From Pocillopora damicornis (Eukaryota), in NCBI RefSeq assembly GCF_003704095.1, contig NW_020843829.1, forward strand, positions 310,001 through 374,000: DNA of 64,000 bases. Reading direction: 5' to 3'. Shown in pieces: positions 14,281 through 24,699 of the stretch; position 1 is the first letter of the stretch; the number at the start of each line of letters is the position of its first letter. The position numbers were made by a program, and so were the translations under genes. A model generated the notes under the pieces. It saw nothing but the letters and a program-made list of their open reading frames with translations, was not told the DNA's origin and did no database searches.

Positions 14281-14426
14281 TCAGAGAGTTATTCGCACGG
14301 CTACCACATCATTATCCTCTGGTGCGAGCTTTTTCAGACGGATAATCAGTCCATGATCTTGATACTCTTTTCCCACTGCAGGTCACCAACGGCATGCTGC
14401 ACAGTACCCAGATTGTCGTGACTAAG
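14281..14426 (-). pseudogene. Orphaned 3' TPR repeat of the STAND gene, separated by an insertion
   Basis: Reads LSHDNLGTVQHAVGDLQW, then after a 1-nt deletion KEYQDHGLIIRLKKLAPEDNDVV. It continues the 42-aa unit in register with the gene's final EHVDVA. Confidence 0.85.
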
Positions 14427-14437
14427 TGCCACATCGA

Positions 14438-14661
14438 ATAAAGGGGGTACGTTTCTATAGAAATTGTGGTGCTGCGTCGGTGGGAGAGTATAGCAGGTAA
14501 TTTAGTGATAACAACTGAGTTGAAACGTTAATTGGCCACCGTAAGGAGTGAAAAGGCTGACAAAGGGCTGTCCTTTGGGCTCGAAACGTCAGCCTTTGCA
14601 CTCTTTACGGTGGCAAATTAACGTTTTTAACTCAGTTGATAACACTTAATTACCTGCTCTA
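14438..14661. mobile_element. 224-bp Penelope-like terminal-repeat insertion with fold-back structure and degenerate hammerhead core
   Basis: 11-bp TSD TGCCACATCGA at 14427-14437 and 14662-14672. Inverted arms of ~72 bp at ~14490-14561 and ~14588-14661. Core ctgacaaagggc...gctcgaaacgtcag. Same family as 47919-48077. Confidence 0.85.
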
Positions 14662-17600
14662 TGCCACATCGACATGTTCAAGTCCGAGAATTTTCAGACG
14701 AATGGCAAGTGCACGATCATGACATTCTTTCGCCCGCTGTTGGTCCCCAAGACCATAATGCACAGCACCCAGATTATTGTAACTATTTGCCACATTTACA
14801 TGTTTAGGTCCGAGCTTTTTCAGACGAATGGTAAGTGCACGATGATGATATTCTTTTGCCTGCATCAGGTTCCCGAGACCATGATACACAACACCCAGAT
14901 TATTATAACTGTTTGCCACATCGACATGTTCAGGTCCGAGCTTTTTCAGACGAATGGTAAGTGCACGATCATGAAATTCTTTTGCCTGCTGCAGATCGCC
15001 AAGATCATGATGTACAGCGCCCAGATTATTGTAACTATATGCCACGATGACATGTTCAGGTACGAGCTTTTTCAGTCGAATGGTAAGTGCACGATCATGA
15101 CATTCTTTTGCCTGCTGCAGGTCACCAATGGCATAGTGTACAGTACCCAGATTATCGTAACTGTATGCCACATCGACATGTTCAGGTCCGAGCTTTTTGA
15201 GTCGAATGGCAAGTGCACGATCATGACATTCTTTTGCCTGCAGCAGGTCACCAAGATCATGATGCACAGCACCCAGATTATTGTAGCTATATGCCACATT
15301 GACATGTTCGGGTACAAGCTTTCTCAGACGAATGGTAAGTGCACGATCATGACATTCTTTTGCTTGCAACAGGTCACCAAGGGCGTAGTGTACAGTACCC
15401 AGATTGTTGTAACTATATGCCACATCGACATGTTCAGGTCCGAGCCTTTTAAGACGAATGGTCAGTGCACGATCGTGACTTTTTTTTGCCTGCTGCAGGT
15501 CGCCAAGGTCATGATGCACAGCACCCAGATTATCGTAACCATATGCCACTTCGATATGTTCAGGTCCGAGCTTTTTCAGACAAGTGGTAAGTGCACGATC
15601 ATGACATTCTTTCGCCTGCTGCAGGTGACCAAGGGCATGGTGCGCAGTACCTATGTAACCATATGCGTTTACAATGTCTTCGTCACCAAACACGTCGTCA
15701 CATTGAGTTAGTCTCAACGTTGCGTTGAAGTACCTTAATGCTGATCGGAATTCACAGTGTTTTTGGCAGGTGTGACCAAGAGTTTGGAAATAGTTCCGGT
15801 AGTCATTAGGAGTGGATGATCCGGCTTTTATAGCGTCAGTTATACCCTCTTCTGAAAAGAGACCATCGATTATCTCGCTCAATGTGACTAAATGAGGAAC
15901 AATGTTCTTGCTTCTGATAAGAGTATGTGAGTCATCCTCAACCAGGGCATGACCTATAACTTGGTAGAATGACAGAATAGCCCCATCAACGGCTTCAAGC
16001 TCTTTGTTTTCGGCGAAATTTTCCATGACAGCATTAATGACGTCATGGAAAATCTGGTGCACTCGCATGTAGACGCCGCTGTCATCCTCTTCAAATAACA
16101 GCAAAGAGCATTTGCAGATTCTCGTAGCAAGTATCTCAGGATCTTTAAGCTCTTCATTCACTTTGTTAAGATAATTTACAACAATCTCTAGACTCAAAGG
16201 ATGCGGTGCACAGACAGAAAGAAAATGAAAAGTGTGCTCCAAAACTTTATCGGTTGTGATCGTCTTCTTAACAGCAAGTGTTGTGGCTGCAGTCATGGAC
16301 TTTTTGTAACTTGGGTTACTTCCAGAGAGCATGGCTTCTGTTGTACTTCTCTTCCCTTGGTCCAATTTCTTTAGAAAGTCATCCCAGCCAAAATTGGGAG
16401 TTAATTTGTTCTTTCTTACTTCTCTCACATAGGTGGCAGCGCTTGCCAGGGCAAGTGGTTGGTAGTCTAATACACGAGCAACCTCTTTTTCCATTTCTGG
16501 GTCATTAAAACCAGAAAGCATTTCCAACAGAGAGCCGGCTTCATGAGGCTCCATACCTTTGCTGACTGGGATGTGTTGAATAAATGAGCCAGACGGCGGG
16601 ATAGACGCGGTGTCCTGTGTTGTTATCAACAACTGGCCCTTTGCGCACTGCCCATTTCCTGGATCAGGTAAATTACCGTCCAGATGAGACATGTTGGTGA
16701 CGTTATCAACTATCAGTAGCCACGATGAGTACAGCTCGATTTTCGTGCTGATCAGTGTCCTTAGACTTCTGATCTTCTCATCAATACTCAAATCTTTGGA
16801 GATAAGTGTGTTAGTAACAGCGTATTCTGGGCACTTCAGATGTCGAGCGAAAGTGGCGTACGATTCCATAAGTGTTTTAGAGTTTTCAGCATTCAGTGTC
16901 ATTACGAACGATGTACTTCCTTTGACCTCGTCAAAGAAATTGTTGGCTACAAGTGAGGCAATCTGCGATTTACCACTTCCAGGGTTTCCAGATAAGTACA
17001 AGTAACTTAATCCTGTGGAATTTTTCAGCGCTTTTAATTGTTCAATTATCTTAGATACATCGGAATCTCGATTTGCGACATCATGAGAAGGCTTAGGAGG
17101 AAGAATGCAAAATGAAGAAGCCTCGCTGTTTAACTGTTCTTCAAGGGTTTTCCTTTGTTGTTCTTTTTGCTGAAGTTCCTTTCCTTTTTCCTGCAATTTC
17201 TTGTTGTTTTCCTGAATTGCTTTCTCTTTTTCTTGAAGATTTTTGTCTTTCTCCCGAACTTCTTTCTCTTTTTCCTGAACTTCTTTTTCTTTTTCCTGAA
17301 CTTCCTGCTTGAGGTCGTCCACCTTCTTCAAAACATGTATCAACTGCTCAGTGGGAAAACATGTTTGGGTTTTTACGTCTTGAATTTTCACAATAGAAAG
17401 ACCGAGAGCTAAAAATGCATTTTCCACTTTGCTAATGGCATTTTGAAACTCTACGTCTGAGAGGTGACCTCGTGCGATATGAGCGAACTCTTCGTTCCGA
17501 AACAGCCTGAGTTTATCCACATTTGACCGGACGACTGGATTGAGACTATGGATGCAATCGGAAAAAAGAATGGCGTAAAACAGCATGGTGCAGTCCCACT

Positions 17601-17850
17601 CAGCTCTATTGCCTTTAGTCATGGTTGTTAATAGACGTGCATGCTTCTTTTGGTTCCGTAGCGATTCGCCATTCCAGAAATCCATTCCATTTTTGGGATC
17701 ATCTTTCCATTCTCCTAACGTGGCCTTGTATCGACTATCCCATTCTTGTTTGAAGATTTCTCGCAGTCCCTCGGTCAAGATGTCAGTGGTAACGTAACAA
17801 ATCCTGAAGTAGTTTAGTTGATCTTCACTGTATTTCACTGAAGAGGCCAT
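14659..17850 (-). CDS. NLR-like STAND protein: DZIP3-like HEPN + coiled coil + NB-ARC-type ATPase + TPR array
   Basis: HEPN motif RNEEFAH. Heptad repeat EVQEKEK. Walker A GNPGSGKS, Walker B LLIVDN, LLITT, YQPLAL (GLPL-like), VHQ (MHD-like). Eight 42-aa TPR units (first one degenerate). Probable start MASSVKY at 17850; upstream 'FSFFK' is a polypyrimidine tract with AG at 17892-17893. Confidence 0.9.
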   Translation of the reverse strand: MASSVKYSEDQLNYFRICYVTTDILTEGLREIFKQEWDSRYKATLGEWKDDPKNGMDFWNGESLRNQKKHARLLTTMTKGNRAEWDCTMLFYAILFSDCIHSLNPVVRSNVDKLRLFRNEEFAHIARGHLSDVEFQNAISKVENAFLALGLSIVKIQDVKTQTCFPTEQLIHVLKKVDDLKQEVQEKEKEVQEKEKEVREKDKNLQEKEKAIQENNKKLQEKGKELQQKEQQRKTLEEQLNSEASSFCILPPKPSHDVANRDSDVSKIIEQLKALKNSTGLSYLYLSGNPGSGKSQIASLVANNFFDEVKGSTSFVMTLNAENSKTLMESYATFARHLKCPEYAVTNTLISKDLSIDEKIRSLRTLISTKIELYSSWLLIVDNVTNMSHLDGNLPDPGNGQCAKGQLLITTQDTASIPPSGSFIQHIPVSKGMEPHEAGSLLEMLSGFNDPEMEKEVARVLDYQPLALASAATYVREVRKNKLTPNFGWDDFLKKLDQGKRSTTEAMLSGSNPSYKKSMTAATTLAVKKTITTDKVLEHTFHFLSVCAPHPLSLEIVVNYLNKVNEELKDPEILATRICKCSLLLFEEDDSGVYMRVHQIFHDVINAVMENFAENKELEAVDGAILSFYQVIGHALVEDDSHTLIRSKNIVPHLVTLSEIIDGLFSEEGITDAIKAGSSTPNDYRNYFQTLGHTCQKHCEFRSALRYFNATLRLTQCDDVFGDEDIVNAYGYIGTAHHALGHLQQAKECHDRALTTCLKKLGPEHIEVAYGYDNLGAVHHDLGDLQQAKKSHDRALTIRLKRLGPEHVDVAYSYNNLGTVHYALGDLLQAKECHDRALTIRLRKLVPEHVNVAYSYNNLGAVHHDLGDLLQAKECHDRALAIRLKKLGPEHVDVAYSYDNLGTVHYAIGDLQQAKECHDRALTIRLKKLVPEHVIVAYSYNNLGAVHHDLGDLQQAKEFHDRALTIRLKKLGPEHVDVANSYNNLGVVYHGLGNLMQAKEYHHRALTIRLKKLGPKHVNVANSYNNLGAVHYGLGDQQRAKECHDRALAIRLKILGLEHVDVA
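14662..15690 (-). repeat. 126-bp coding tandem repeat (TPR units)
   Basis: Unit starts at 15567, 15441, 15315, 15189, 15063, 14937, 14811 and 14685. Confidence 0.95.
17135..17310 (-). repeat. 21-bp coding tandem repeat forming a coiled-coil linker
   Basis: EVQEKEK EVQEKEK EVREKDK NLQEKEK AIQENNK KLQEKGK ELQQKEQ. Confidence 0.85.
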
Positions 17851-18046
17851 ACTCACTTCGAACGATTTCTCAGTTAAGTTCGGTAACTGTCCTTTGAAGA
17901 AAGAAAACGAAATTTTAAACATTTCTGAGCAGAGAAATTGCTCAGAAGCCCTTTGAATTGTTTTGTCTTAAACTGTGCTAAAAATTTAAGTACTCTTGCT
18001 TTTTATAGAATGAGAGTCAGTGTTACAGTTAAACTTACAGCAGTGA

Positions 18047-19125
18047 CGCTCTCTCCAAATATATGGCTTAAGTCCGCACAACGAGAGTTACCGAGTTATA
18101 CCATATCACGAGTCAAGTTCGAGTCAACTTGGTTTTTTCCCTTTAGGATTTAAGGTTTCAATTTTCTTTGTCGAAATGATGCACCAGGGATACAAGAACA
18201 CCTAGTTTTAAGCTTTTTCGCAGCCGTTTGCGAGGGTTAATCCTGCCCTGGTTCATAGCTGCAATCAGAGAAGTAAAAATTTCCAAGCATCTTTGAGTTG
18301 TCCTCAATGATTCCACCCCTTTTAACTACACACACCTTAGGCACAAGTCCCACTTCAACGACAAACTGTCTTAACTGACTTAGAGTGCGAAAAAGAATCT
18401 CAATATTTCTCGCACTCCACCGCCATTTTGTTGCATTTACGGGCTCCCACTGAAAAACAGCACCACAAATTAACTGATTCTCTCCCACCCAGGCCGAAAT
18501 TGTGAAGAACAGATATAATTTTCCTCTGAGACGTTTGTTTCACCAGAATGATCTTGTCCTACTCTTCATGTTTTACTCATGAAATACAGGCTTCACTTTT
18601 CAAGATTTTCGAAGCATCACAAAGTTGTCAAGACGTCGTTACGCCACGCGAGGATTATATAAGGCATGATATATTCTGTGTTGCATCAGTGCCTGGAAAA
18701 AGACATTGAAAATAACGCGAGTCCATTTTCTTCGTAGTGAGCATCAGTTGTGGCTCTCACTAGTGTTTTAATATGTCTTGATGGACAATAACGGCCTTTG
18801 AAACGTTTCGTAAACTTCGCGACAATTCCGTAGCATTGTAACACCACTGAAGTAACAATTGATGATGCGGGAATTCAGACAAATTTGACCCAAGTAAATA
18901 ACCTACTGAATGCACGGCTTTGATTTTTGTTTGTTTTGTTTAGCTCTTCTTTTTTAAAAGCTACATTAATCATGTATTTTCTATCGCTATGATTTTATAA
19001 AAAGGGAAAAAAGTTAAGTTGGCTCAAACTTGACTGGTGACCCGAACTTGACTTAGGCTCACAGTTGACTCGTTACACGGTATAACTCGGAGCTAACGCA
19101 TACGTAAGCACATTTGACTGAGAGC
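18047..19125. repeat. Diverged inverted repeat pair (~18047-18142 and ~19003-19125)
   Basis: ccgagttatacc...acgagtcaa...gagtcaactt...ttttttccc is mirrored by gggaaaaaa...aagttggctcaaacttgact...ttgactcgt...ggtataactcgg. Confidence 0.7.
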
Positions 19126-21905
19126 ACATCGCTGGATTTTGCAGAATTTGGGTCTACATTATTGTCTCACTCGAACTTGAGGTATGACAAGTTGTTTTTC
19201 GTGATTATGGGGAGATCAGATACACCTAACGACTGCCTCACCCACCCCTCCCCTTTCACCTTGAACCTTTGATAAAAATTATCACTCTGAATAAAACGTT
19301 TGTTTCTTAACTTCTCATTAGGAGTTGAAAGGGTTCCTTTGCGAAAAAAATAATTAAAGGCAAAGCAAAAGAAAACTTAACAATGGATGGGCTGATATGT
19401 AATTGTAAGTAGCGAGACTGTACAAGAGTGAGTTTGAAAAAGCCCAGTTGGAAGGAAAGGGCTGTAGAGTAGAGTTCAGATCATGTCGAAGGACGGCCTA
19501 AGTTGTGATAAATCGTAATCATTTCAGTTGCAACCCGCAAACGACCTCAGCTAACTTATGCTCCTTTGGTTTGAAAAGTCTTTGTTTTATTTTTAAGGAA
19601 AAAATAATTTTATATCAACTGAATTTAGTGGAAACATCTTTCGATTCATTTCATGCCTTCACCTAAAGCACTTGTTTATGTTTCTCAAATGTGTCTGGTA
19701 TCATATTACACAACGTTGGCTCTCTATTAATTAGTTCTTTGGAGGAATACTCTATACTTTTATATCTCTCTATAGAGAGAACACTCTATTCTTATGGCAT
19801 GCGTTCATCGCTCACTGTGCTGCGACATTACACTTGCTTGCAGGTCGTCGACAAGGGCACGTCCCTGTTTCTCGTTGAGCGATGACTTAAGTATCAAGAA
19901 CACTCTCCCTGCTGCAGCAGGAGATGGTTGCATTAAGGGGACTTTTATCTTCGAACTATTTACCAGCGGTGGTTCCTAATATCGCTCTCAGGGGCTTACC
20001 TATTTTCTGCTTCGCGACCTTCTTCTTGTTTTGATATTTAAGCAAGGAGTGGTTAGAACCTATGCAAACTAACCGCTGACTGGCTAGGCGTTTTTCCAAG
20101 TCACAACTATAATGGAGAGACGGCATATATGTACAGAGCTTGGAAAATTGAAGTTTACTAAACGTCTTCAGAAGTACCAGAGTCAAAACACCCAAATCTA
20201 ACAAAATTATGCTCCTGGCGACAAAAAATGTAGATGAAATTGGCGGAAAATGCTAAATGAAACAGCAATTTTCTTTTGAAATAAGCGTAAAAATAAAAAT
20301 GTTCATTAAGCCAAGTTATACCGATCAAAATGCATTTTTGTGAAGGGCCTACCCAGTACCCGACATATTTAGTGGCTGCTCGCTGACTATGCCATAGTGG
20401 AGGCGGTGTTGGGATAACTAAGCGCAATCGCGCAAATACGTAACTGTAATTTGAAGTCAGCTAAAAAATCCTTTGAAGTCCCGCATACGATGTGTTAAAA
20501 TCCTCTGAATTTCCCGAAAGAGACTATCTAGCTTCAATATCATACTGATATGATCTAACTTTGCGAGTATCAGTTCCGGCATAAAGTTTAAAGGAGAGAA
20601 GTTCAAGCATGCCTCTGCCGTTCCGTGTACGTTTTACTAGTGGTTGCGATAAGCACAAAAAGTGTTGGAGTAGTTAAGCGCATTGAACTGTTAATTTATG
20701 GCACGGGTTTCACAAGTGGAAATGCACGGACATGTTTGACTTAAGAAGATAAACGCTCGTTTTCTATCAGTAAATAAGTAGATAAATAACATTGTTTGTT
20801 GATTTTATTAGTTTTGTAATGGAATATGGAGGGTTTTACGTCGCTTTGACGAGGATAAAGACATAATGTCAGCAATAACGAAAAAAATAGACTCAACCGG
20901 AAGTATTAGGCAAAAAATATACATGTTAATCAAATTTACATAATAGAATCCGCCCTGGGATGAATTTCGGGTTCGAGAATGTTCCAATCGAATGAATGTT
21001 GTACAATTTAGTAAACTTATGAGTAAAAAAACCTTTAATTCAAAATTCAAACCGGCATTGTTGGTTTCCATCATCTATCTCTGGATCTCTCATCTCTGCG
21101 TCTTTCGAAATACATCCGATAACCAAACGTGACTGAATTCAAACATCAAGTATTCGCTATAAATATAACAATGACGAAGGAAGCTAAGAACAGCAACAGC
21201 CGCGGGTAGAGAGCCCCTTCGAATTCCTCTCTTCCTCGCCTCGGCTCATGGCTAAATCTTTGCTAATGTGGTCTTAATCTCTCAGTGAAATAAATAGGAA
21301 AGGCGAAAAAAAAAAAGCCTCTACTAGACTGGCACTTGATAGAACAATGAGAGTTGCTATAACACATTTGCCAGTATTTGCCAGAAGAATCTTATGGCAA
21401 CGCTAATCGATAGAATTTAGAGGGAATTTACTTAAAGTTACTTATTTCAAACAACAAGTAACACAGAACATCAATGACTAAGCATCATGCCACTTTTAAG
21501 TCCTATTATTGTAACTTTATCGCTTCCGCAAAGTTTGCCTAATGATGTATAAACAATTGTGAAATGTTAATTCAGTAATATACGTCAATCAATGATATTT
21601 ATCGTACTTACTGTGTCGAAGTATTCCGGAGATGAACTGCAAAGCTGTAATACTATCACTACAGTAACGAATAAAGGTTCCTGTCACTAATCATCCAGAG
21701 TCGAAATTCGAAAGCGGAAGACGCTCAAGTCACATGACGTATGTCTATTGGAAGCCTATTCTAAATGTGCGTGGAACCGTTTATAATTAAAACTTATCAG
21801 AAGGAAAAACCATTGAAGCTTATGAAAGCTGGTTTTGAAAGTGACCCACAACATTTTGGACAAAGTATGCGTGATCCAAATATGCGTGACATGAAAAGAA
21901 AATTA

Positions 21906-22446
21906 ACGGCTCACGCGATTTCCTGTGGACACGTAAAGTTCTGTTGCGTGACAATGTCAAGCATTCTTCGAGCCAAAACGTTGAAACAACGAGCCTCAGC
22001 GCGAGACGAAAGCAAAGAGGTGAAAAGACATGGGCGAAAGAATGCTCAAAGCCTTATCGTAACCGTCCTTTGCTTGCCTGTTACAGGTCACCATATACCT
22101 TACCCAGATTATGGTTACTAACTCACATCAAGATTCTCAGGTCCGAGCCTTTTCCAATGAATGGCCATAGCACGGTCACGCGATTTCCTGTGGACACGCA
22201 AAGTTCTGTTTCGTGACAATGTCGAGCATTCTTCGTGCCAAAACGTTGAAACAACAAGCCTCAGCGCGAGACAAAAGGGAAGAGTTGAAAAGACATGGGT
22301 GAAAGAATGCTCAAAGCCTTATCGTGACCGTCCTTTGCTTGCCTGTTACAGGTCACCATGTACCGTACCCAGATTATGGTTACTAAACCCCACATCAAGA
22401 TTCTCAGGTCCGGGCCTTTTCATACGAATGGCCACAGCACGGTCAA
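21906..22446. repeat. Tandem duplication of a ~266-bp composite unit (TPR fragment + unrelated sequence)
   Basis: cacgcgatttcctgtggacacg occurs at 21912 and 22177. Each unit ends in TPR-type acaggtcacc...acccagattat...caggtccg. Confidence 0.9.
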
Positions 22447-22862
22447 GACGCTCCTTTACCACATCCACATTCTCAGATTCGCGCTTTTTGAGACATATGG
22501 CATTGTTCAATCATAACATTCTTCTACACGTTACAGGTCACAAGGTTATGGTACACAGTACCAAGATTATTGTAACTATTTGTCACGTCAACATGCTTAG
22601 ATCCGAGCTTTTTCAGACGAATGGCCAGTGCACGTTCATGACTCTTTTGCCGCCTGCAGGTCGCCAAGGCCATAAAGAGTAGCTCCTAGATGATTGTAAG
22701 TGGCTACAAAAAGGAACATGCTCTGGTTCAAGCCTTTTTTCAAGTACTTTAGCGCGGAGTTATATCGCTCTTTTGCCGCCATGAGGTCACCTGTAGCGTG
22801 AAATACACCACCATGATTTACATACTTTGTTGCAATGTCCAAATGCTCAGGTCTGAGCTTTC
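22060..22862 (-). pseudogene. Decayed TPR array related to the STAND gene
   Basis: DIATKYVNHGGVFHATGDLMAAKERYNSAL and ATYNHLGATLYGLGDLQAAKES, with frameshifts. The DNA ccgagctttttcagacgaatgg is shared with the intact array. Confidence 0.8.
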
Positions 22863-23795
22863 AGAGAAATAGTCGTTGATTTGCAATTCTTTGTCTAATT
22901 TCTCGCGCAATATCAGGACTCATATACTCTGCTCACCTCGAACTTAAGTTTCGACAATAGATCCAGTCAAGAATCTAAATCTCTTGATACCTTCGTCATC
23001 AACAAGAAGACTCGATCGCTTTCTTCCGCACTTCCAAACGTTGTATATCGCTGTGACATCATTTTAGAAATAAAATTCTAACGAGAACACGATAACTCGC
23101 TAATTAATGCGATTTACAACATTTTGGTGACTGGTCAATGAGGCTCATTGTTCTTAGCGACCCATAAATTGTGCGGAATTACGTTCATTTTGGAAAATTA
23201 ATTACTTTAGGTTGGCGATTACAGCTGCAGTAGCCATAACAACCGATATATACACCTTCGCCGTGCTCTACCTTCGTCAAGCATCAACATGTATACAACC
23301 CCACAGTATCTCTACATGAGTTATGACGGAAGGAAGCCAAAAGTTTTTCCCATAAACAACTGATGTAACAAGAAAATAAAATAAGTTGAAGTTCACACAT
23401 TATCGACATTCACTGAAGGAAGAAGAACTGAGAAACGACAGAGAACAATACAATGAAAGGTGGTGTTTGATTGTTTAACAGTTTCTGCAGTAACATAATA
23501 TCATTGTATTTACAATAAAATTAGCCCTTGAAATCAACCTGTATTTAACAAGGTAAACCTCAATCACTTCTCAGAATTACAATTTTTTCAGCTGAGATTT
23601 CTGTTCAGTGGTCAATGATGTCAGGTTTCCGGCAGAAAAAAAAGAAAAATTCGCAAAAATAACAACAATCTTAAAAAAGTATGGCTCAGACAGTTCCATT
23701 TTTAGAAGATTCTCATGAGATGATAATAATAATTAAATTAAAAAACCGTTAGAGCACTCACAGAAACTTTGTTTAATTAGCAATTTGATACATAG

Positions 23796-24140
23796 AGATT
23801 AATACATGGGTGCGTGTAGATATGAAATTTCTCTTCGAGTGTTTAACCCTTTACTCCCTAACATCAGTATGCATATTCTCCATACCTCACCCTAGACATT
23901 TCCTAAGGTTCTGACAAGGAGAATTTGTTCAATAATCAAGAGATTCTCTAGTTGGTGATCATCTCCTTTATTCTCATGACCTTAGTGTTTGATTCAGGGG
24001 TGATATTGTAAGGAGAAATCAGATGTTAGTCAGTCTTAGGGGTTAAAGGGTTAAGTCGAACGAGTCAGATGTCGAGATGTCGAGTTGAACACGAGAAGAG
24101 AAATTTCATATCTACAAGCAGTCATGTATTATTCTGTTTA
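23796..24140. mobile_element. Palindromic MITE-like element hosting a nested TTAA MITE; related fragment at ~570-665
   Basis: Inverted ends taatacatg...tagatatgaaatttctcttcgagtgtt and aacacgagaagagaaatttcatatcta...catgtatta. Confidence 0.65.
23847..24050. mobile_element. TTAA-type (piggyBac-like) MITE
   Basis: TTAA at 23843-23846 and 24051-24054. Ends CCCTTTA...TAAAGGG. Confidence 0.85.
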
Positions 24141-24363
24141 TCATATAAACACAATAGCCCTCTAATGACAGGAAAAGTCCACTTTATTTTAATAAAGTCG
24201 ACTTTTCTTGTCAGTAAAGAAAAATAAACGAAAATAAAAGGATCGACAATCCCCGAATAAAAATCGTAAAGTGAGTTAGTGCACTCAAGATGAAAACATA
24301 TGCAAAACATGATCAATCTCAATATCCTGGAATTGTGGAAGTATATCTCCTAAAATAGCCCTT

Positions 24364-24640
24364 TCAATGAGGTACATGATTGATCTGTTTGCGCAACTCC
24401 TTACAATGGTCTCTGTCAATAAAAACACTGCTTGCTTTCACTTCAACATCTTCAGTTTTTCCCGCAGTCACTCATTGTTGGAAGAGATCTCAAATACTTC
24501 TTCTATCAGCCGATACAGTGCACGGTCTTGGCAAAGCTCTACGTTTGGCTCAAAGGTCCTGTTCTTCAGTCGCGTCTGAGAAACCATCGTTGGAGCCTCC
24601 TAATCAGCAAAGTAGCTCTTTTGAGCGTTTCAATGTTTTG
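24364..24640 (-). pseudogene. Pseudogenised duplicate of the TEKT1 3' coding region
   Basis: Aligns to 25726-25868. Reads [43 protein letters not shown], then DVEVKASSVFIDRDHCKELRKQINHVPH*. Contains a frameshift, stops and an internal deletion. Confidence 0.88.
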
Positions 24641-24699
24641 CAACGAAGTTGGGGGAGAGGGGGAAGGGAATTCGCGCGTCAAGTGTACTTTAAACAGTA

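Noticed and set aside
14662-15690. CRISPR-like regular repeat
   Set aside because: The repeats are contiguous and coding with no unique spacers, in a eukaryotic context.
14674-15711. 345-aa antisense ORF over the TPR array
   Set aside because: A stop-free reverse frame is propagated by the 126-bp repeat; there is no independent coding evidence.
17851-17922. N-terminal extension MFKISFSFFKG... of the STAND ORF
   Set aside because: It reads through a polypyrimidine tract and AG acceptor, so it is probably intron plus 5' UTR.
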